Shown one piece after another: positions 1-9,037 of a stretch of 64,000 nt of DNA (positions are counted from its first letter, which is position 1; every line of letters begins with the position of its first letter). Location of the stretch: the NCBI GenBank assembly GCA_965645245.1, contig OZ287084.1, forward strand, positions 1,178,001 through 1,242,000, written 5' to 3'. The position numbers and the translations under genes were made by a program. Origin of the DNA: Massalongia carnosa. Taxonomy: Eukaryota. Below the pieces are notes generated by a model. It saw only the letters and a program-made list of their open reading frames with translations. It searched no databases and was not told where the DNA came from.

Positions 1-605
1 GGCCGTTGCAACCAGTGCATTGAGCTCCGCTCGAAGGGCCTCCGCGACCCAAGTTCAACCCTGTTTATGAAGAATGATTGCCGCTCGATCCTAGCTTTGC
101 CGTATAAAGTCTAGCTATAGAGATAACAAATTAATTATGAATCAATAACCGCTTGCAGCTGTCATTCTCTTACCATTTTCGAGACTCAACTAGATGTCCA
201 TTGTAGACTGAGATCCGGGCCTTTTGTCTAACTTGCAACGAGGTTAAAAAGTGCACTCATTGTTCCTTGATGGCGTTCTACAGCGCGAATAGTCTGTCGT
301 GAACACATAAATAACATATATAGAAAACGATTTTATGGTATAACACATTCGAGTTGTTATTTTACGCTTAATCGGGTAAGGCGGCTTGGTATTTTAACAT
401 TTTCTCATTTATAAGGCAAACCTGCCTGTGAACTTAGTAAGTAAAGCCTAACTATAAAAAGTTAGACTTGTAGGCTAAATAAGTAGCGCCGAGTTAACCG
501 GAAAAGGTTAATAAAGGCGAAGGCTAAGCCACAGCACGTGAGGTACTGAGGCAATCGGTCGCAAATATTCAGGTATCTCGGCAAATTCCAATACAATTGA
601 GCCTT

Positions 606-846
606 TGTCAGGGTCTCGACACGGGGACGAGGATCCTCGCCTCGATCGGGGACAGAACGTCTAGACCCTGACAACGCGTCATCGGAGTTATCAGGATAGG
701 AATTTCTTAGGAGTAGGACATCAGAGAGGGGTATATATTAGTCGTTTCGGTTCTTATAGATAGCTAGTTGTCAGTTTATCCATTCTATCCTCGCATGCCA
801 TAGCCCTATAGGGCTCCCTCCCATCGCCTGTCACAATAACCTTACA
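606..846. mobile_element. Probable solo LTR (241 bp)
   Basis: Starts TGTCAGGG at 606 and ends TTACA at 846. Flanks GCCTT (601-605) and ACCTT (847-851) match 4/5 as a TSD. Internal TATATA box. A 15-bp inverted repeat lies at 606-620/659-673. Confidence 0.55.
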
Positions 847-1619
847 ACCTTCGCCAGTCCACCTGAACTATCCCCAGGATCGTCGGTCCTTCGGTTAGCA
901 GATATCGGCCTCCACCTCGGAAGAGGTGAAACTACTAGCCAGCATCACGTAGAGGTTTCTGCTCGTTGCTAGCCGCTGACGATTCCTCTGCGTACATCCC
1001 TCGAATCTCTTACGAGTCCATTACTGCTATGTGGTGCGGTGGCCGATGGACTCATGGCGACTTTTGGAGAAACAGGTAGCGATTCTAGACATATTGTATG
1101 AATCGCATCGGCCTTTTCTACCCCGTGTTTCCTTTATCATTCCTTCATACTCTTTTGTAATGTTGTCGATGTGATCAAGACAGCCGAGGTAGACGATGAC
1201 ACCGACGGCGCGAGCAGACAGAAGGATGAGGATGATTTCTTGTCGCTTTCTTGGCGGATGACTTCCATGTTCCTTATGCAGAACTGCGGTTGTTGACGAA
1301 GGTGGACTAGTAGCGGAGTCGGAGGTGGAAGAGGCTGAAACGAAGGCTGAAATGGAGGCTCTGCTAGTAAACACGTCACGGTCTCCATAAAGAGACGAGA
1401 ATGACTAGCCAGTCCCCGGAATAGACGCCTGGCTGTCTGTAGCATGGTGGCGGTAGCGGAGATGGTCATTAAACACGCCGAAAGGTTGAATGGGGGCCAA
1501 CTAGCTGGCGAGATGAAGCGAAGCAAGATATGAAATTGTCAAGTGTGTGCGCTGGCACTTCTCGGATCCTTAGGGGGTGGTCATTTGAGGTTAGATTTCA
1601 TCTGATCATGAGAGTACTT

Positions 1620-1790
1620 TGTGACGAAGCGAGATAGTGAATAGCTTTCTACCATTGCGCCACCTGTCCTTCCCGACCAAAAGGCACAATACTTAGTCCG
1701 CAGACCAAGCTCTATTCTACTATAACTGGGTCTCCTGCTATGTTTGCTGTAGGTCCTGCCGTCCGCACCACGCTTGGTCGAACCGTTACA
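1620..1790 (-). mobile_element. Solo LTR (171 bp), family A
   Basis: TGT...ACA termini with a perfect 5-bp TSD TACTT (1615-1619, 1791-1795). About 125 bp match the reverse complement of 15102-15208 joined to 15736-15760. Orientation is tentative. Confidence 0.85.
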
Positions 1791-1944
1791 TACTTCTTCA
1801 TCTCTTCACATTATTTATATCAGAGTGCTTTGTACACAGTCATGCATCGCTAGAAGGGATTCAGTGTTACTGTTTTTTTAAAGGTTTATGGTATCAGTAT
1901 TTCTTTTCAGTAAAACGTCTACTCTTTTCATCCGCTCTATTCAT

Positions 1945-3792
1945 CTATTCGACTCGTTGATGATACTCATTCAAGGAGATACCAAACACTCCGTCCAACG
2001 ATGGACGCTGACGTTTCACTGGTGAACGACTGCGAAGTCGCCTCCTCGTGCTTTTGGCGATCGTCCCCATCATAACTCGTAAATTTCCTGCTTCCCAGAA
2101 TCGGAGAATTTGCATCGTTTGATGATACTTGCTGGTTTTGCCTACAGAGAAAACACGAGATTAGCGTCATGTAAATGTAGCCGAATAGCGGAGCACGAGC
2201 TTACAGTGCAACCTCTCCAGCTCTATCAATTCTTCCTCGATTCTTTCGGTTGTCCATCCAGATGTGGTGAGAACGATGGCCAGATAATTGTAGCCCTTCG
2301 CATACGGCCAACCTTCGTGACTTCCGGGAATGTCAAAAAGGGATTTGGATACGACCATGTGATAGATTTTAGAGTATCGAGATTTCCCCTCCGCTTTGAT
2401 GATACGTGCTTTATGTTTGTCAGTGTCGCAAGCACTACAGGCAAGGAATTCGATTCCGAGACGGTTCTTGTACCGAGTGGCTTGGTTCATAATGGATATC
2501 ATGCGATATCCCAGGGCTCCGGCAAGGTCTTCAAGCTCAAGGGCTGGCAAATGTTTTCCCTGTAGGATTTTCCTACAGTCTCCGTGAACTCGATGATTCT
2601 TGGCCACACAGTCTTCACCGGGATTGCTGTTGAGATATTCCACGGCTAATCGTTTCAGACGATGATTGGCCTCGGAGGTTGATAAGATGAGGGAATCTGA
2701 AAATCTAACAGAACCATGATGACCCAGGTTGGTGGAAGATCCACCTTTTCCAGTCATTCTCAGGTTATCCCACTTCTGCTGATAAGCCGTTAGGGGAAAC
2801 CCAGTTCGAGCTCTCCATTCAACGCCCCACATATCGTCCTTGGCGGCGAATGAAATCTCATTGTTTTCCCGTACATCAATTTCCTCGACCAATGTGTCAT
2901 GGATTGCCGCGACCAGTGCTGCAAACGTCGGTGAGGCTAAGGCTTCATTGCCTTCGTTCGTGAGTAAATCAAGCCCCTGGATTTCTGTTTTGATTAAGGC
3001 CTGCGCAACCCCTGTCGCATAACGTGAACCGCAGCATCTGCCCATCGAATCACTCACTGGCCATGATAGCAATTGCGTCTCTTCATCGACCCCTGCAAGT
3101 GCGGTGATGTTGAGACATGGGCTTTGTACCCAGCCGCCTCCATAGCAAGCAGTGGTCATTAAGGTAACATTGGGATTCGAGTTATGCCGCAGCAATGCTT
3201 CTTGAAACTTCTCTATGGTCAATATATCGCACTTTTCGGCTTTTCCCGTCCCTCCAATTGTTATCGAGTAGCTAAGGACTGTGCCGTGGCCGAAGATCAT
3301 GATTAGCATGGGCCTGTTGGTACCTTTAACTTCTTTGCTGGCGTCTGCGACGTAAGCAAGAAATCTTTCTAAAAGATCCTTTTCTTGGAAGACCAGTACG
3401 TCTTCGACGTCTTTTCTCATCGTTTCGTCCAGGACCACCCTTCTATTGTTAGTTCTCGGATCTCCGTGCGAGAATTCTTTGTACTTTTCGATAAGCTGCC
3501 TTGGATCCACGCAGGTCATCCAATACTGTTCTTTGGCAGTTCCTTGCAACATATGATGAAATAAGTAAAAATCTGAGAAAAACCAGCCGTCAGATTCTGG
3601 ACTTGCGTTGTTCCGGTAATCATTGGGCCCACAAACCCCAATGACTATGGTGTCTACGGTGACGATAGGAGGACACTTAGAGTCAAAAACACGGCCTTGC
3701 AGGCCCCCAAACGGTTCACCAGTGTTCTTTCCTATGCCGCCGTACTTGGCGGGCTCAACCAACACATTTGATGCTGTGCCTAGGTACGCCAT
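1945..3792 (-). CDS. Putative clan CD (caspase/legumain-fold) cysteine protease, ~594 aa, 2 exons
   Basis: Long ORF 2167-3822 with first ATG at 3792. A GTAAGC...GCTAAT...TAG intron at 2142-2204 extends the frame to TAG at 1945-1947. Motifs LIMIFGHG and TLMTTACYGGG place His and Cys 47 aa apart, each after a hydrophobic strand. Confidence 0.7.
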
Positions 3793-4611
3793 TGTTTGGA
3801 GCCGGCGATGAAGAAGGATCACAAGCTGGCGTCGTAAGAGATTGAAGGATGAAATTGGGCACGATTCAAATGATTTGGTAGAGTGGGACTCTTAACGATG
3901 GTGAGAAAAGGTATGGGCACAGGCTTGATGAATGGAAGGGTGCGATCGTTGAAGCAGGTATGAGAATAATCTTTTACTAGAGAAGGGTTGGTTGAGCAGG
4001 TGAATCAAGGATGAGTATGAATCTTGCTGTTCCTAACGGTGAGCCTCTTGCATGTAAGGAGTTTACTCTCACTTGAAGTTGGAAACTGGAATTCGCGCTC
4101 ATATAACGAGGTGCGAAATCTAACATGTGAATGCCGTTGTGAATCCTTCCCGATCAAGCCGGTTGGGAAGGAACCTCTTATTGTCCCGAACTATTGGGCT
4201 TAGAACCCCATCTTGATTTAAGAGAACTTTTGGATTTCAAGAGATATGTGAAAGAATCAGCACATGAGTATACAATAGCCATCCACTCCCACAAGGTAAC
4301 ATGTTAGTGTCCATGTATCGATATCGTCTTGTCATCAAAGTCTGTACAAATGCTGGTGGCATGAGATAGTTCATTCTTCTGCAAGAGGAATGATTAGTAG
4401 CATATGAGATGAAGACTGTCGAGGACCTAACAGAACGATTACCGCACCGAAAAGTCCTTGGAAGGTACACAATAGAGAGATGTCCATTTTTATCATCGCT
4501 TTCGCTCAGTTTGATCAAAAGATCGACAGCAGCATTCGTTCTTTCGTTTTTATTGATCATTTAATATTTTTAAAACGAGCTTGTTTGCAATAAACATGTT
4601 CGATATATTTA

Positions 4612-7253
4612 GAGTACGGATACGTGGACACCCCTTTGGTTACCTGGACACCCCCCAGTGATACACGGACACCCCCTTCCTAGAATAGGTAAGAATCAAG
4701 GGTTCAGGCCCCTCACTTACCCACTTCGGGGTAAGCTCCCGGGCGCATATCGGGGAAATTTTTTCCTTCACCTTTTGAAAGTGGTCGGGAATTTCTGAAA
4801 CGAAGTCGATTGGCACTGTCTTTGCAAATCAGACTCTGATTCTAGAAACTAAGCCTCATTTGGTCTAATTAATGATGATAACCTCCTCATCTCCGCTTGC
4901 TGTCGCTGTCCCCCCCCCCCCCTGTCGCCGTCCCCGCCTCCGAGTCATTTGTAGTCAGCTTATCTGCCAATCCCCTTGTTATAACCCCTCCTCTAGCCCT
5001 ACCTCCCCGTCCCCGTCCCCATCCCGATCCCCGTCCCCGTCTGCCTCGTCCACGACCAGGTGCCGGGTCCGCTCGATGAACGGCTGATTGATCTGCATCC
5101 GGGTCCACCCGCTCGAAAAGGGAAGGATCACGATTAGTAGATGCCTCGAATGCTTGCTGTCTTCTATTCAAATTCTCCGCACCTGGAGGTCTGCCCCTTG
5201 GTCTAGCAACTTCGGGTGCCTGAACCCGAAGATAAGGATTATCAATAGCCACACGGGCTGTCCTATCAAACCTCCAATGAGGATGAATATCTTCCAATAG
5301 CAACTTTCCCCCCCCATCCCCATACAATCGTTCCTGAATCTTATGACTGCACGGAAGACCCATGGTTAAACTGAACGTTCCAGTACAGGCCGGAATAGCT
5401 GTTGGTTGACCAACCAAACGTTCGTATTGAGGCATTATCTTTCTCAAAGCATAGGAAGTGACGTATGGACTGATTTCCTGAAAGATAGGTTTGCGAATAT
5501 CCATAGGTAGTCGCACCTTCGCTTCATCAAGACGAATCAGATGATTGTGAAGTTCATTGATCAATAGAAGATTGATTCCGTCCACCACCGTCTTAAGATC
5601 TCCAGATGATGACCCTAGCTGTCGCTTAAGTACTGCATGCCCACCTTCACCTCGAGAGGTAGTGGTGGTTTCGAAATGAGTAATCATACTGGTATAGCAC
5701 TTGACAAAACGATGTCGGAAGGGTATGTAGATGTCGTTTAGATATTCCACACATTGATCCTGACCCTGATACTGAATCCTGAATCGCTCCCATGACTCCA
5801 AAAACTCTGGTTCTGACGAGGCATAAACGACCGTTTTCCAGTCAGCGAAGAAGGAGTCCCACGCCTCTTTGGTATCGAAGCTCTTCTTGCAATTGGTCAG
5901 GACGTTATTATTGATGTGCCATAAGCAAAGCAGATGATTGGTTGCGGGGAAAACATCCTCAATTCCAGCTATCAGACTCTTTTCCATGTCCGTGACTATG
6001 ACGATCGGGTTAGGAAGCATCATCCCATCATACATACCTCGCAATTGCTGCAACATCCAGGTATAATCAGACGTGGCTTCCTTGGCCATGAAGCAAAATG
6101 CCACATAGAAGTTGGTATGTAGGGCGGTTTGACCACTGATGATCAATAAGGGCATCTTATATCTGTTGGTTTTGTAAGTGGCGTCCATCACCAACACCTC
6201 GTAATTCGTCTTCAATAGTCGTTGAGAACAGCCCTTAATAAAGAATAAATGAGTTATTCTATCTAGATCATCCTTTTGCATCTGATACGTCCAATCTCCT
6301 TGATCCAGCTCTCGGATTAATGCCTGAACCGGAGTCAATGGGCCGAGTGTCTCGCGACGAAGCTGTGCTTTGACGTTGTAGATATCCCGAGGTTTGAATA
6401 AGGGATTGATGATGTAGGGATTTTCTGGATCGTCAAAATTGATTCCCGTCGTCGGATCAGCAACACGAAGACTAGATAAAATCTTGAAAGGGGCTGTTTG
6501 CACGATCAGAGCTCGGGAAATCTCACTTTTAACCTCTTTCGTCATCGCCAATTTCCTCAACGCTGGATGAGCACCAGCGAGGGTAGAAGCATGATTATGA
6601 GTCGATTTGACCACCTCCAAAAACCAGATACCACTGTCGTTTTCTCGTGTGGCCACACAAGAGAAAGGGCATTCAATTCGTCGGCTACCCGTATGTCGCC
6701 GATCCTGACCTCTTGGTCCGTCGGTTTTTCTTCCTCGATCACATATCAGCCATGCCTTTCTTGTTACCTTAAGTTTCGACTTCTTGGTTCGACCCAAAAC
6801 GACTGCGTATCCTTGACGACCAGCATGCTCATTGACTCGTAGAACCAGGTCTTCCAGACTTTCAAAACTTTGTCCATCCTCGGGGGGTGCAAGTCCGCCA
6901 GGGGGTAGAGGGCCAGGTGGTCGGGGTGGAGTAGCTGGTTCATCTTCGAGGGGTGCAAGTCCGTCAGGAGGTGGGGCAGGAGGTGGGGGGTCAGGAGGTG
7001 GTGCAGACATGATAAAGTGTCAAAATGTTGGTGATGATGATGTTTACGAAGTGCCAAAATGTTGGTGTTTACGGTTGAAAAAAAATTCCCGAGGTGCACC
7101 CTCGGGAGCTTACCCCGAAGTGGGTAAGTGAGGGGGCTGAACCCTTGATTCTTACCTATTCTAGGAAGGGGGTGTCCGTGTATCACTGGGGGGTGTCCAG
7201 GTAACCTCAGGGGGTGTCCAGGTAGCCAAAGGGGTGTCCACGTATCCGTACTC
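4612..7253 (-). mobile_element. Mutator-like (MULE) DNA transposon, apparently intact
   Basis: ~130-150 bp TIRs (GAGTACGGATACGTGGACACCCC... / ...GGGGTGTCCACGTATCCGTACTC). 8-bp TSD TATATTTA at 4604-4611 and 7254-7261. Single transposase ORF. Confidence 0.95.
4887..7010 (-). CDS. MULE transposase (FAR1/WRKY-like Zn domain, DDE domain, SWIM-like motif), 707 aa
   Basis: Motifs CPF...HNH, MDATYKTNRY, IVTD, CLWH and GLPCSH. C-terminal AT-hook RPRGRP and an RG-rich tail. Confidence 0.93.
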   Translation of the reverse strand: MSAPPPDPPPPAPPPDGLAPLEDEPATPPRPPGPLPPGGLAPPEDGQSFESLEDLVLRVNEHAGRQGYAVVLGRTKKSKLKVTRKAWLICDRGRKTDGPRGQDRRHTGSRRIECPFSCVATRENDSGIWFLEVVKSTHNHASTLAGAHPALRKLAMTKEVKSEISRALIVQTAPFKILSSLRVADPTTGINFDDPENPYIINPLFKPRDIYNVKAQLRRETLGPLTPVQALIRELDQGDWTYQMQKDDLDRITHLFFIKGCSQRLLKTNYEVLVMDATYKTNRYKMPLLIISGQTALHTNFYVAFCFMAKEATSDYTWMLQQLRGMYDGMMLPNPIVIVTDMEKSLIAGIEDVFPATNHLLCLWHINNNVLTNCKKSFDTKEAWDSFFADWKTVVYASSEPEFLESWERFRIQYQGQDQCVEYLNDIYIPFRHRFVKCYTSMITHFETTTTSRGEGGHAVLKRQLGSSSGDLKTVVDGINLLLINELHNHLIRLDEAKVRLPMDIRKPIFQEISPYVTSYALRKIMPQYERLVGQPTAIPACTGTFSLTMGLPCSHKIQERLYGDGGGKLLLEDIHPHWRFDRTARVAIDNPYLRVQAPEVARPRGRPPGAENLNRRQQAFEASTNRDPSLFERVDPDADQSAVHRADPAPGRGRGRRGRGSGWGRGRGGRARGGVITRGLADKLTTNDSEAGTATGGGGDSDSKRR

Positions 7254-7262
7254 TATATTTAT

Positions 7263-7475
7263 TGTCAGGACTCGGGTGTGGGAGCGCTAAATCCAACGGC
7301 TCTTTCCGACCGAAGCTTCGGAGATAAGCTTCTAGAGCCGGATGGAAACTTCGAGAAGAAGGGCAAACGGGCATATAGATTTCACATTCTTCTTTGTAGA
7401 TAGATTTCTCTTCTTCATGCTTAGTCTCTTAGGTAGCTGACTACTATTCGTCTTCCCTGGATAGTGGTTCTTACA
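7263..7475 (+). repeat. 5' LTR of the gypsy element
   Basis: Direct repeat of the split 3' LTR; runs TGTCAGG...CTTACA. Confidence 0.95.
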
Positions 7476-7741
7476 TTAGACTAAGCATCTTCTTTAACCC
7501 TGCTATCCTGAACACGATATTAAACCGTTCAACCAGGAAATTAGAAGAAGAACCCGGAACTTAGACTAGAACCAGATCATAGGACCTTAGAAGCAAGGAT
7601 TTCTAGGCCACCAGAATTACCAGAATCAAAAGAAGAACTCAGACCCAGAAGAACCAGAACCCAGGATCGTAGAAACCAGGATTTCTCGGCCATCGAATAG
7701 AAGATCACAAGATAAGAACACCCCCAAGAAAGAAAGAAGAA

Positions 7742-9037
7742 ATGCCCCGAGTAATCAGCGAGCCTCGAAGGAGTAGGCTCACTATGGACGAACCCATGGA
7801 GGGCCGACGTGAGTCCATTGTCCCTAATATTATTGATGATGACTCCCCATATAGCATCGATTCCGTGGATAGACTGAATGAATTTGTCCGCCAGGACCCC
7901 CAGCGGGTGGTGGAAATGATAACTGAGTTGAAGACGGAGTCCCGAACGAAGACCCACCTATTGAACAAGGTGGCCGAAAGATTCAATGAAACGTTAGAGA
8001 TAGCCCGGACCCTTCGCGATGAGCGGGACTCGGCCCAAGAGAAATTGGATAAAGCTAAGGTGATAATCCAATTTCTTCAAAACACCAACATATCGTCCGC
8101 AAGCACCGCATCGGCCGAGAATGTGCATACACACACGACCACTACCGCGTCAACACCTGCCCCCGAAGGAGTTGGCAAATCTTCCAAGCTTCCTGACCCA
8201 CCCATTCTCGAAAATAATAAAGACGACAACTTCGAGGACTGGCTATCTAGCATGCGAAATAAGCTAGAAGGCAATGCGGATTGGTACCCTACCGAGGCCA
8301 TGAAAAAGGCATACGTACGGACTCGGGTTGGTGGTGAGGCAGTCAAGCATATAGCCTCTAGATTTAGAAAGGAGTCTACCAAACCATTTACCACTGCTGA
8401 AGAAATTTTCGATGATTTAAACCGAGTATATGGTGACCCTCACAAGGAACAAACAGCACTGCGAGAATTCCGCGACCTTAAACAAGTGGGTAAATATCGA
8501 GAATTCCATGCCTTCTGGTCAGAATTCCAACGCTTAGCCAACGAACTTGAATATTCCGAAAAGACCCTACTAAATGAGCTCCGCAACAAGATGAACTTTG
8601 AGCTCCAGAAGATGCTAGCCGTCGAGGCCTACAAGGCCACCGATTTGTATGAATTCGCACGCCTATGCATGCATACTGATCAGACCATCCGCGAGGTTGA
8701 GACCAAGACGAAAGGCTATCGAAAGAACTCTGTTGGCCCCTCAGTACCTATCGCAAGCACGGCCGGTGGGACCACCTCCATCGTAAAGGCCTCCACCCCC
8801 GCATTAACCCGTACTCCCGCAATGCCTTCCGCCACCAGCAGCCGATCTTCAACGCCCTTTATGGCCCGAGCCCCCCATCCCGATCCAATCATGGAGAAAA
8901 GAATGAAGGAAGGAAGATGTTTTAACTGCGATCTGACCGGGCATATGGCCAAAGACTGCCCTCAGCCTAGAAAGGGACGGGTTAGCGAGATGAGCGCAGA
9001 AGCAGAAGATTCGGGAAAAGACGCACCTCCGTCATAG
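7742..9037 (+). CDS. gag: Gag protein, 431 aa
   Basis: KLPDPP, a retrotransposon gag core (LKQ...EFQRLA) and a CCHC knuckle CFNCDLTGHMAKDC. Confidence 0.93.
   Translation: MPRVISEPRRSRLTMDEPMEGRRESIVPNIIDDDSPYSIDSVDRLNEFVRQDPQRVVEMITELKTESRTKTHLLNKVAERFNETLEIARTLRDERDSAQEKLDKAKVIIQFLQNTNISSASTASAENVHTHTTTTASTPAPEGVGKSSKLPDPPILENNKDDNFEDWLSSMRNKLEGNADWYPTEAMKKAYVRTRVGGEAVKHIASRFRKESTKPFTTAEEIFDDLNRVYGDPHKEQTALREFRDLKQVGKYREFHAFWSEFQRLANELEYSEKTLLNELRNKMNFELQKMLAVEAYKATDLYEFARLCMHTDQTIREVETKTKGYRKNSVGPSVPIASTAGGTTSIVKASTPALTRTPAMPSATSSRSSTPFMARAPHPDPIMEKRMKEGRCFNCDLTGHMAKDCPQPRKGRVSEMSAEAEDSGKDAPPS

Noticed and set aside
661..672. 12-mer CTAGACCCTGAC shared with the pogo TIR
   Set aside because: Many 12-mer matches are expected by chance in 64 kb, and the match does not extend.
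850..1560. Short minus-strand ORFs (Ser/Thr-rich plus a hydrophobic stretch) as a partner gene for the protease
   Set aside because: They are fragmented and have no recognisable motif; at most a decayed gene.
4237..4560. 107-aa ORF upstream of the protease gene
   Set aside because: No recognisable domain or convincing splice structure.
7577..7986. Antisense ORFs over the gypsy leader and gag, and other shadow ORFs in GC-rich genes
   Set aside because: They are explained by a purine-rich leader and codon bias on the opposite strand; no motifs.
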